Positions 51,353-62,818 of a stretch of 64,000 nt of DNA are shown piece after piece; the first letter of the stretch is position 1; each line of letters begins with the position of its first letter. Location of the stretch: positions 1-64,000 of the forward strand of contig JAQGDQ010000104.1 of the NCBI GenBank assembly GCA_030141605.1, given 5' to 3'. The notes beneath the pieces were generated by a model that saw nothing but the letters and a program-made list of their open reading frames with translations, did not search any database and was not told the origin of the DNA. This DNA is from Tubiluchus corallicola (lineage: Eukaryota > Animalia > Priapulida). The translations under genes were made by a program, and so were the position numbers.

Positions 51353-52456
51353 ATGAAGACTTGTCGACTTGCAAAACACTTTCTTCGCAATTTTTTTACC
51401 TTTACACTGAGCCTGTTGATATTTTATATCATCGTTACTTTCTTAAAACCAGCGCAGACTGAAGAAAAACGCTTGCAGAAGCTTAATGATGTTGACTCGA
51501 AGCATACAGTGCCAGAAATGTTGACCGTCACACAAGCTAGTTCTACGCAACACGACTCATTCCACCTAGAGATTGCCGTGCTGACGATGAATAGACCTTG
51601 GTCATTTAAGAGGTTGCTCAATGCGTTGGCCGCCGCAGAGTACCACGGTGACGAAGTGCAATTGAAGATTTGTATCGACAGAAATCCGGACATTTCGGAA
51701 GAAACCCTTTCCATAGCCAATTCATTTGAATGGCCTTATGGTGACAAGCAAGTGCAAGTTAGTATCCGCAATAAAGGGATTCATATGCAGTGGTTTACTT
51801 GTTGGGTGCCATCGGAAAAGCCAGGATATTATGGTATCATAATAGAAGATGATCTTGTCCCGTCTAGGTTCTACTACAGATGGATAAAGGCTGCCCTTCT
51901 CTTCTACAAAGATGATCCAGACGTTGGCGCTGTAACACTAATGAAAGGAGGCAATGTTGGAAGAACGGCCAACGGTAGTAATCAGTCCAAAAAACCACTG
52001 TGTCCTAAATGCAAGGGCACAGCTTATTTGAACCCACTTGTAGGACCATGGGGTTTGGCTCCTATGCCACATGTGTGGTCGAAATTTCTAGAATGGGCTT
52101 TTGTCAAATTGAAGGATCCTTCATTTCGCCCATACATTCCAGGTGAAAAGAAACTGCTGCTAAATAAATGGACCAGACGTCTTGGAAAACGCAGATTGAC
52201 AGTTGCGCAAGAAACATACACAGGTTATTATTTCAATGAGAATCACATCTACACCCTCTATAACAACATTTGCGGAATTAACGAAACTTTGGTTTGTAAC
52301 ATGTGGGAAGCAGGAGTGCATGTGCGTATAACTGATAAAAGTGTCGGTAAGTGCAGAGGTAATAAAACAGTTCTAGACACATGGAATGATTCTTACACTG
52401 TGTTTCCAAAGAAACCGGAAAAACTTAACTGGGATGCAGAAATAGTCAACTTGTAA
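51353..52456 (+). CDS. Intronless type II membrane GT-A fold glycosyltransferase-like protein, 367 aa from the first ATG
   Basis: Short basic N-terminus, TM helix FFTFTLSLLIFYIIVTFL, stem, then IAVLTMNRPWSFKRLLNAL, ICID, FEWPYGDK, GIHMQWFTCW and IIIEDDL (DxD-like). The ORF-track start at 51317 is GTG; the first in-frame ATG is 51353. Confidence 0.85.
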   Translation: MKTCRLAKHFLRNFFTFTLSLLIFYIIVTFLKPAQTEEKRLQKLNDVDSKHTVPEMLTVTQASSTQHDSFHLEIAVLTMNRPWSFKRLLNALAAAEYHGDEVQLKICIDRNPDISEETLSIANSFEWPYGDKQVQVSIRNKGIHMQWFTCWVPSEKPGYYGIIIEDDLVPSRFYYRWIKAALLFYKDDPDVGAVTLMKGGNVGRTANGSNQSKKPLCPKCKGTAYLNPLVGPWGLAPMPHVWSKFLEWAFVKLKDPSFRPYIPGEKKLLLNKWTRRLGKRRLTVAQETYTGYYFNENHIYTLYNNICGINETLVCNMWEAGVHVRITDKSVGKCRGNKTVLDTWNDSYTVFPKKPEKLNWDAEIVNL

Positions 52457-53214
52457 AAGACAGAAACAATATTGGTTATCGCTAGGAACTTGTTAAGTAT
52501 AGGTGGACGCGACACGGTGCAGTTCAGCCGGAGGCTTGATTGAGTTGCATCGGCCATCACTCTGGAGCACAACAGCGCAACTCGCTCATTTATCTGGTAT
52601 ATATACGTAATACGCATCATTTCAAACTTACAAATTTTGATTTCATCAATTTTTAGCGTACGTAGCTCAAACTGGTTTCAAAATATTCAGAAAAAACAGA
52701 AAATGGAGAAAGCCTAGATTAGGCCACGTGTTTATAATCTTTCTTTTGCTAGTACTGGAGGAAATTGGCCTGGCTATAATGATATTAGCTTGAACTGATT
52801 TCCAAAGGCAGGCTGATGCACGCAAAAGTTAAATAAAACCTATATTAATTTTTATGTTATTTTCGAGAGTGGAACACTTTGCCAGAAAATAAGATACAGT
52901 AACTTTTAGTGTGGAATTTAGTAAAAAAAGTCGGCGTGCTTATTATATTGATATAGATATAGAGATATATAGGAACACTATAGTTTACTTCCTGAGTTTG
53001 ATACAATTCTCGTATATCTTTCATGTATCAAATATATTTTAAAAAATGCTAACTAAACCCATTTTCTAAGTCAAAATTAAGAAAATAATCTAATTCGAAC
53101 CAATTTAAATCCCAAAGTTACATTATTCACAAAACTATAAAAATCACTGTTGATGTCGATAAATCCCTGTTTTCTGTGCAAAGTTTTTAAGATATAGAAA
53201 TGGCTGACGTATTT

Positions 53215-53740
53215 ACTGGTTAACTAATCAACTGACTAATGTTGCAGAGTAGCTTGCTGATTGACACACCCACTAAAAGCTGACTGCCTAAAATACTATC
53301 TGATCAGGTAACGATAGGTTGATTAACTGACTAACTTTAGAATAGTTAACAGGTTGAATGACTGACTGACTGACTGCCTAACTAAATGGCACATTATAAG
53401 TATCAAACCAACTCTAACCCACTAATGACATAATTAACTAACTTGCTTAATAATTTATTTAGACGGACTGAATTTCTGACTGTCAGTATAAGTGACCAAA
53501 TAGCTAATTACTGACTAACATCACTCTCTCCTTAACTGACTGACTAGCTCCCTGACTTAAAAAGAATTTAAATAGATAACTCATTGACTAACTGACTAAT
53601 TCTGACCCGGTCATTGATTAAAATACTGGCTGGTTTTCTTACTAATTTAATCAGTAAAAGACTGATTGCTTGTTTCGTTGACTAAGCTAGTTGGCTTAGT
53701 AACTGACCGACTAATCAACTTATGCGATACTAAGCTAAGT
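53215..53740. repeat. Decayed (CTGA/CTAA)n low-complexity tract
   Basis: Recurrent ACTGACTGAC and ACTAACT words. Confidence 0.7.
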
Positions 53741-55991
53741 AAAAATGTTGTCCAGAAGCAAGAATGATTACGTCTGAAATACGGGTGAATGAATAGGAAT
53801 AAGTTAAATAAAATGGATTAAAATAACTTAATAATATATTAAAGTAATTGCGAAAAAAATTGCTATGCGTATTCTTTTATTATTGATAACCAATAAAATG
53901 GAGAATAAAGTAAAGAGTAGGCTGTCACAAATTATTAAGAATTTTATTTACCCATTCTAACTAACCCTTTCTTGTATATAAGCTTACTATATTTCTGTAG
54001 CTTGCTGTAAACTAACTCTGTGTTTTTACCTGGTGCCTTATTTTTATTGTTCTATGGGCTGCAAATGTCTGAAATACGTAAAATAAAATAAACAAATATA
54101 GAATAGTCAGTCACTGCACCTTATCTTGAAAATATTTTCAGTAGAATTATCACAAAACATTTACAATCAAACCATTTAATTCAGCTGATTTACTTTACTA
54201 GAGAAAACGTTACAGGTTGTTTGCTGAACTAAATCTAAGAGCTGCCGTTTCATGTGCTCAAAATTCTACTCATTGACTGACAACATTATTATTTTATAGA
54301 CGTTAAGCACCGTGGAACATACAGCCTAGGTAGGTAGCTAAGATTAAAACTCAAGTAATAATAGTTTATTGCTTAATATTATAGGCAAAGTCATGGTAGG
54401 CCTAATTTGGTCTTTTCTCGAACATTTTTATAGGCCTATATTAGCTTTTTGAATAGACAAGCTTCAGGTTTTGTGAGAAATAAAACTAAACCAACAAGAC
54501 AAGTTTGTTTTCATGTTAAATTGTTACTTAAATATTACGCAGCGGGAACGTTATATGAATTACTTTTGTAGTTTAGTGCTTACTTCAATTTTTCCTTCCT
54601 TTTTTCCTTCCTGCGTCCATTAAATAATCTTCAGTCGTTGAATAATCGCCAAACAACCGGCGCAGTTTTAACCTGCTTTCATTTTTGATTTATTGCAAAC
54701 CATGTTAGACACAATCTAAATTTTGGCTATTTAATTTGCTTTTATTTTTGATGAAGCGCACACGTAGTTACTATAAATAAAAGAAATGACACGTTAACTT
54801 AACCTAATGCCAGCATTAACAATAAACATTGTTTGATTGTGAGCAAATTCACGTTTACCCAAATAAGAAAAAAAATTCAGCCCACCCCCCAATTCATTTA
54901 ATGTAAATTTTGTAAAATTTATCAATACGCACACACTGCAGCCAACTAATCCACGATCAGGATCACAAAGTGGCGAACATGTAAAAAATGCCCGTTTCCT
55001 GACAGTAACCTTTCACAGCAAATCATTCTGTTACACACACACGTTTCCTGACACACACACACACACACACACACACAACAACAACAACAACTTCTGTGTG
55101 TGTGGGTTTAATTACTCCTATCGTTGTCTTCTGTTCTTCTACCGTCATGATTTTGCTTTCATTGGTATTTGGCATTTTCAACTTTGTTGAATTCGCCATG
55201 TTTGATTACCTAGGGAATTTCTTATTTCATGATATGACCTTGGAAATTCAACCGTTAATATTAATTTCAAAGTTATCAAATTGCCTTTTTTGAACTCGCC
55301 ATCTTGAGCACCTAGGAAATGTTTCATTTTAATGATATCGGAAGTTGTCATTTTTGGGTTTATGCCCATGGCCCAGGGGCCAACCATTCTCGGTTCGACC
55401 TATATACCATTCAAATTGACTCATCGAGACCTTTCATTTGATACTGCAAACTATATACTGCATTGAAAATATTTGTATGCCAAGCTATTATTCGCTATTC
55501 ACTCACCCAATTTTCATTTTTTGGTTGCGCTTAGAGAAAAGTTTTACTTGCTGCCCCCTCCACCACTCCTATGCAGAACAACTCGACCCCACCTAGCCAC
55601 ATACTAAAAATTGTGGCCCTGTAACTCAAAAATTGTAGGAGGAGATAAGGAGATAAACAGAGTAACGTGAAATAGAGCATTGTCCTCTTCACCAGCTTTG
55701 ACCTGATGCATTCACACATTAAGATAAACCTCCTACTTAGGAAGTGAGCTACGTGAGTTTTTTTTACCCTAGCAAGGCTTTTTAATAAGAATAAAAATAA
55801 CAAAAGGTAATTATTGAAAACAAAGGCTTGTAGGAGATAACGCTAATTCTACTATATAGTAGATTAATGCCGCGTTCAAATTGTAGAATTGAAACTCGGT
55901 TTCTTGTAACAGAAGCGCTGGCCAAAGTAGTCAGGCGGAGATAGAACAGTGGGGTCATCATGCGAGTGATTCTGGAACCTGAGAGCATTTT

Positions 55992-56229
55992 TAGAGTAGA
56001 AGATTTTACTGCAGATGGCGCTGCAATGCTAACATACATTGTGTACTAAAAATGTAAGTAAACATAGGCATAGAGTAGAAGATTTTACTGCAGATGGCGC
56101 TGCAATGCTAACATACATTGTGTACTAAAATGTAAGTAAACATAGGCATAGAGTAGAAGATTTTACTGCAGATGGCGCTGCAATGCTAACATACATTGTG
56201 TACTAAAAATGTAAGTAAGCATAGGCATA
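55992..56229. repeat. 79-bp tandem repeat, 3 near-identical copies
   Basis: Units start at 55992, 56071 and 56149; each contains CTGCAGATGGCGCTG. Confidence 0.95.
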
Positions 56230-56352
56230 TACAAACAGTAACGATGTCTATATGGTATTTATATGTAACATATTGTTTAACAGGCTGAAACAAATTCCAT
56301 GAATTACGTATAAGATCATCTGCACCTTTATGTAAAGAAATTACGGTTTCGC

Positions 56353-56450
56353 AGTCTCGTAGATTCTGAAATCATTTTCTATACTACACATATTTACAAA
56401 CCGTAGTCTCGTAGATTCTGAAATCATTTTCTATACTACACATATTTACA
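56353..56450. repeat. 52-bp-period tandem duplication
   Basis: AGTCTCGTAGATTCTGAAATCATTTTCTATACTACACATATTTACA occurs twice. Confidence 0.9.
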
Positions 56451-56885
56451 GACTTAATTTACTGAGATGGTGGATAATAAAGACATGTGCAAGTCTGCGG
56501 AATAATACTTGCCTGAATGATATCAAGTTTTTTCTTAATCCTCTTTACAGTATTTGCAAATTATTGTTGTAAATAAAGTCATATCATAACCTATATTTTG
56601 TAAACAGAATTATTAAAACCATCGTTACCTATTTTAATGAAACCGTTGCCATTCAAGACAATAATTCGTGTTCGCAATGCAAGACAAAAAATTAATGTTT
56701 GCATGACAATAATGACAAGTATTGTATGATGAGTCTAAATGATTTATTTGTTGTTTTGTAAAGTACTTTTAACACAAACTAACTTGAATCTTGCAATATG
56801 TTTTCTCTATTATTTTGTTATTTTGTAAGGTATTTAGCTTGGTAAAAATAACACAAATGTCACAAAATATATGTTACCAAAATAT

Positions 56886-57266
56886 TGTAACGGATCCGGG
56901 TTCCATTCCAGGCGGTAATTTCCCCACTTATGTGCACCCGTGTAACGGATCCGGGGTCCTTGCGCCAATACGTCTCCTCAGAATGTATAAAACGGCATAC
57001 AAGTTATAAAGTACTACAGCAGACGAGAAAAGTGAAAAGTGTAAATTAAACTTTATTGCACAACCGGTAACTCCAAAAGAATGACATGTGAACAGACTTT
57101 GGTATAAAAATCAGCAAACCTACAGCATTCACCTTTACAGACGGAAAGGCCAGGTGGAATCGTCAAATTGCGGCGTGCATTCTGTTTTATACAGATACAT
57201 TTGCATTGCTGGGCTTCTCGACCATACCCATTACTAGCATTACTAACAAAACCCGTCTTCGTAACA
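56886..57266 (-). mobile_element. Probable solo LTR (Gypsy-type, 4-bp TSD)
   Basis: ATAT|TGTAACG...CGTAACA|ATAT; on the minus strand TATAAAA (~57185-57191) precedes AATAAA (57052-57057). Confidence 0.6.
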
Positions 57267-58755
57267 ATATTATAGTGCTCAGCCTATATTCTATATTCCT
57301 ACTTTATACTATATATAGCCTATATTCCGATGCCTTATTGAAGGCGCAACTGCGTGCCCGACGAATGTTTGTTTACAATCACAAGTGCCAAGGTTGTATT
57401 GTGTGAACTAGTAATTAATTGTGTGTCTGATTGTTTCATGTTCTATTAATTGTTAATTAATTAAATTGAGTATATTGTGACAGAAATCTTTGAATGCAGT
57501 GCCGCGTGCCCCGAGCCTGGGAATAGTCCAGTCCACGATCAAGATAGCCACGGACCATACACCAAGGTCATGCCAAAAACGTACTGAGTCATTATAGTTG
57601 CTAACCAGATGGCCTAGACCAGTTTCTTCACCGGTTTGTGTAAAAGCTTTCTTTTGAGGAGTGTAAACTGTGAGAGATCAAAAATATAGCGTTAAGTTTA
57701 TTTTAAAAAGTAAATAATGTTATAACAATCAGATAATTTCAGAAAGCTTCTGCTCTATCATTTGTTATGAGTTCGAATTGGTTACACAAAACATGGTGAA
57801 TAAACGGAGATGCATTTGCGACATTACTTCATTTTTATTGCCAGTAAACACAAATTAACAAAAACAAAACATCATGGCTGTCATCCTGAGCAGCCAACAT
57901 TACTTCCACCTCAATAACAACTAACTAACTAGGTCAAAAGCAAGTACAGAACACAGGTGAGAAGCCAACCTGGCGCTTAAATTAAAATCGGCAGGCGGGT
58001 CATAACACATTATTATATGTTATAAGTTATAAATGCACGTTTATCCACAGAGAGCCTTTTTCGAATCGTGGCCTTTCGCGGAACAGAACAATCTATTTCC
58101 ATGTAGTTATAATGAGTTGCAATGAATTGTAATACCACACGGTAATGCAAGAATTTTCACCATCGGGGTTTAAAACGGCAAAAAAAAATTCGGCGATTTC
58201 TTAGCCAACTTTGGATTTTTAACAAAACATGAAAACGAAAAATGGTGTAAATCTACTCACTTACTAAATAGCAAGGCTACGCTATAAAAACGCCGCTTTT
58301 AAATTTGCCTGATTAGCATCTTGCGTCCATTCTAGGCCACTGAAATTAAAGTAATAATCTGCTGGGGTGGTATAGGATAAGTGGAAATCGCGTGGGAATT
58401 ACACGGGAATTCCCACAATGTATTTTGAAGGTGACAGAAACTTTTGCCTATGATAAAGTGGTTGCAATACAGAAAATCTTGGGATGACTGATTGATTACC
58501 GCAAGTGGCTTCTCTTCCTACATCATGAGTTACGATGCTGCGCTGTCTTGGCGCCACTCGATGTACACTCAAGAAAACGACCGCCATTTAAATAAAATAA
58601 ATACAGCTAGAAAACGGTTTGTATACGCAATAATTAGAGCATTTGCCAAGACCGCGTAAGTGTTCGAAATTTAGCACAAGTCGGTAAGTTCAAACAAAAC
58701 CCTCCAACAAGAAGCTCCCAGTATGCGTAGACTCCTTCTCTACATGTATTGTTAA

Positions 58756-59212
58756 CCCTTTCAGTCCCAAATTATTTTTTTAATAAGAAAAAAAATTTTT
58801 GGCTTGGTACTTTTGTTCAGTATGTCCATCTTGTTTACACATAATAATAATTTTTTCTACCTGTCTGCGTGCTAAATATAGCCTGTATCCCACGGGATAC
58901 ATTGTGATTCAATGGAAGCATAAAATGTGCTTAATTTTGCAACTGTTGATAATTTTTTAAAGTATTTAAGACATTTAGTATGCATGCTATGCTGATCTGT
59001 ACAAAGTCGTCTCTAAAGTACTGTACCTTGCGCAGTTTTTTATGCCATGTAGATTTTCTAGTTTGCCATTTTATCGCCATTTTAGTCTATTGTTATTGGC
59101 TTAAATCAAAATAACTATTAACAGATCAAATAACTGTCAGTTTTAAAATTTTATTAATTTTAAACGCAGAAAACATTCTCGTAACCCATGGGACACAACG
59201 GGTATGAAAGGG
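58756..59212 (+). mobile_element. Non-autonomous piggyBac-type MITE, copy 3
   Basis: TTAA flanks at 58752-58755 and 59213-59216; colinear with and highly similar to copy 1. Confidence 0.9.
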
Positions 59213-59565
59213 TTAAACTAACAAACTGGCTATGCTGCTCACACCAACAAAATATTATTATACAGCTGCCCAAGAAACCTTCCAAAAATTCGTAAACTCT
59301 ATAACAATTACTGCAAATGAACTCGATGGACGAGAAGTTGGCTAAGTCATGTCTGACTTTGCTTCGAGTTTCCCAAAAGACCAGGAAAAGGCTCACAGCG
59401 GCTGCACGCTATGTACAGACTACCAAAGCATGTTATGTAATACATTCCAACGGATAGGAATACGATAAATAATTTTATGATGGCTACTTAACTTACGGAA
59501 AAAGTTACGAAATCTGAAACTCTGAAACCAAATTTATTTTGATACTTATTCCAAAATCCCTCATC

Positions 59566-59582
59566 CTCTCTCCTCCCTCTCT

Positions 59583-59635
<53 letters not shown>

Positions 59636-59666
59636 GTCTGTCTGTCTGTCTGTCTGCCTGCCTGCC

Positions 59667-59706
<40 letters not shown>

Positions 59707-59799
59707 AGTCAGTCAGTCAGTCAGTCAGTCAGTCAGGCAGTCAGTCAGTCAGTCAGTCAGTCAGTCAGTCACTCAGTCAGTCAGTCAGTCAGTCAGTCA

Positions 59800-59884
<85 letters not shown>

Positions 59885-59885
59885 A
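59566..59885. repeat. (CT)n-(CTGT)n-(CAGT)n-(CTGT)n compound microsatellite
   Basis: Direct reading. Confidence 0.97.
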
Positions 59886-60559
59886 CTCTTTTTATCTGTG
59901 TGATACCCATTGCCCTGGTGATTCGTTGTCAAGAAGATCCATTGCTGTATGGTGACCTGTTGCTATGGTGATCCACTATTGTAATTTTGTTCATAGGTGC
60001 AAAAGACTAGTCCGACTATCGCTGGTGATTTCCGTTCCCATATTCCTCTGGAAAAGGTTAGGATTCCTCTGATGCTGGGTGCAAGTCTACCCGTTGACTG
60101 ATAAAACTTGTTGACTTAGACTAGAAACTTATCGCATCGCTCAATATAAGATCGTTCTAAAAAATATTTATAAATTGGTTGATTTTAATATAAATATTGC
60201 AAGTTTTCTGAAACATAATAAATTTAATGATTTTTTATTCATGTTCTGTTACGGCACAAGCCATCAGAAAATTAGTCCTTCATACAGCGAATTTAATATG
60301 AATTTTTTGTAGAATATTTTGACGAAAATCAGGCTTGTGAAAATAACCAATTAAATTTTCGTTCACAAATTTCAACAATCGAAACGACTTTCTAAGGACG
60401 GGTCACGTGGGACAAAAAAGAACATCCCTGCAATTCCCTGTAAACCTGGACAAACGTTTGCCAATTCAATAACATCGATGTGTGTTTTATGCTTTTAAAT
60501 TTAATTTTGTTTTGCAAACCACAAAGATAGCGATCATGATTTACGCCTAACAAATGGTG

Positions 60560-60735
60560 TATTTGTTTGTTTGTGTGTGTGTGTGTGCGCGCGCGCATGC
60601 GCGTATGCGTGTGCGTGTGCGTGTGTGTATGCATTTATGCATTTATGCATGTATGTATGTATGTATGCATGCATGTATCTATCTATCTATCTATCCATCT
60701 ATCCATTCATCCATCCATCCATCCTTCTATCTATC
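60560..60735. repeat. Compound (GT)/(GC)/(ATGT)/(ATCT)/(ATCC) microsatellite
   Basis: Direct reading. Confidence 0.9.
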
Positions 60736-60963
60736 TAACAGTCTAACTATATTTGTTTGTTACTTTGCTTTTTTGTGTGTGTTTTTTGTTTATTTACTTG
60801 TTTATTCATTTATTTATTTATTAATTTATTCAATTTAGTTCATCTTAACGCCACAAAACACTAAAAATTATCAATAAATAAATACATAGTCTAAAATCTT
60901 TCATAATCCATTATAATTATTTAAAGTTTGGAAATAGTAAAAATTTTATTCTTGACCGTATAA

Positions 60964-61469
60964 GTAGCAGATTCAAGCACTTCAGTTATAAGCATATTGC
61001 CAGCTTGTAGCAGATTCAAGCACTTCAGTTATAAGCATTTTGCCAGCTTGTAGCAGATTCACGCACTTCAGTTATAAGCATTTTGCCAGCTTGTAGCAGA
61101 TTCACGCACTGCAGTTATAAGCATTTTGCCAGCTTGCAGCAGATTCAAGCACTTCAGTTATAAGCATTTTGCCAGCTTGTAGCAGATTCAAGCACTTCAG
61201 TTATAAGCATTTTGCCAGCTTGTAGCAGATTCAAGCACTTCAGTTATAAACATTTTGCCAGCTTGTAGATAGATAGATAGATATTTTATATTTTATTTCT
61301 GAAAATCACATTTGTAGCATATTCAAGCACTTCAGTTATAAACATTTTGCCAGCTTTGTAGCAGATTCAAGCACTTCAGTTATAAACATTTTGTCAGCTT
61401 GTAGCAGATTCACGCACTTCAGTTATAAACATTTTGCCAGCTTGTATAGCAGATTCAAGCACTTCAGTT
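60964..61469. repeat. 43-bp minisatellite, 7 + ~3.5 copies, interrupted once
   Basis: GTAGCAGATTCAAGCACTTCAGTTATAAGCATTTTGCCAGCTT units from 60964 at 43-bp period; (GATA)n plus AT-rich interruption at ~61269-61313. Confidence 0.95.
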
Positions 61470-62679
61470 TGATTTCGAACGGACAAATCTCTAACTGTTG
61501 AAAAATGCGTTCCTAATTAATGGAAAATGAAAACTTCATGCTGTTCACTACAATAAATTGTTAATCTTATACGTGATACGATTATACGCATTATACAGTA
61601 ATACTTTATAAATTTCTCCTCTTAATTACTTAACTACCCTTCTTCTTCTTCTCAGTAGGCAGGCGAAAGATGCGTTTATGAGTTTATCGTTCATTAATGT
61701 TGTCATGACAATGCCACACCAAAACGAAAATAGGTATGCGCACAATTTTCCTCACTCAGCGTGTAGCAAAATAACTCTTGCACCCCTCAGCAAGCTTCCT
61801 TTCAACACGGGACAATTTTTCCCTCTGCCAGGTGCAGTCTTCTTCCCTTCGTGCCCTCATTATCACCATTACAAAAACGTCGCCTTCAAACTTGTATCGA
61901 ATTATCTCTGGTATTCTCTGGTTTATTGAAACAAATTGAAAGCGAAGGAGTCAGACTCGAACCTGCCTCGGGCTCGAAATGCCGCGTCGTGCTTTTTTAA
62001 AAGCACCTTGATGTTGAATTATAACCCATTTGTTGAAATGCAGAAATTCTATTATGCATGCAATAAGTCAATTTTATGTGCAGTTTCAAATAAAGTGTAT
62101 GAATACTTGAAAATTAGTATTTGAGAAAAAATCGTTTGCAAATTTGGAGTAATTTTTGTGTGTATTTGTAACGAGTCTTTTTTTATATTGGTAACATTCT
62201 CAGGGATTACTTTTGAAAATAATGCTAAGTTTATTGTTTTAAAAAAATTATACGCATTCTTTCATAAGGTATTACTATAACCAATGACTTTTTTTACTGT
62301 TTACTCGTTTTTTATAAGAAGTCCGTGTTATAATGTGTTGGTTTATATCGTCCGTCTGACAAAGGCTTGATGTCTATCACAATTCACAATTTTACAGTTG
62401 AAAAACTTCGTATATCAAATTCGAGTAGGAAAAGTAGCAGTTCTTTTCATTTAGAGCAGGTAAATATTGTTGCCTCTTCCGATAAAATGGCCGAACCTTC
62501 CTTTTAGTAATGGGAAGGCTGAAATGGCTGCCTATTATTTTTATCGCCCCTTTTTCCTAATCTCTTATAGTTAAGCCGACGATTAAATGTGATCCAGTAA
62601 TATCATCAGCAGAGCGTAAAATGTTTGACATTAATAGAACGTTTGCATGACAAGTAGATGTATCTTTATTTTACATAAT

Positions 62680-62818
62680 GTCGCGCGGCTTCCGGTGGCG
62701 CCGGAAGTTGATCATTTCTAATGAGTTTTATGGCTGAGATTGCGCGGAGAGATGAAGAGTGCAGCGGGAGACTGAGCTCTCTGAATGAGTAATCAGTCAC
62801 GTGGGGAAAGAGGTAAGT
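62680..62818 (+). promoter_or_regulatory. Housekeeping-type promoter and probable first exon of a gene continuing beyond the window
   Basis: CpG-rich patch with inverted ETS pair CTTCCGG (62689-62695) / CCGGAAGT (62701-62708) and consensus donor GAG|GTAAGT at 62812/62813. Possible start MSNQSRGER at 62785. Confidence 0.55.

Noticed and set aside
58391-58416. Su(H)/RBPJ paired site and NF-kB palindrome GGGAATTCCC
   Set aside because: The spacer between the inverted GTGGGAA sites is 11 nt rather than the 15-17 nt of functional paired sites, and an isolated motif is not enough support.
60964-61469. 43-bp repeats as a CRISPR array
   Set aside because: Contiguous tandem units with no spacers.
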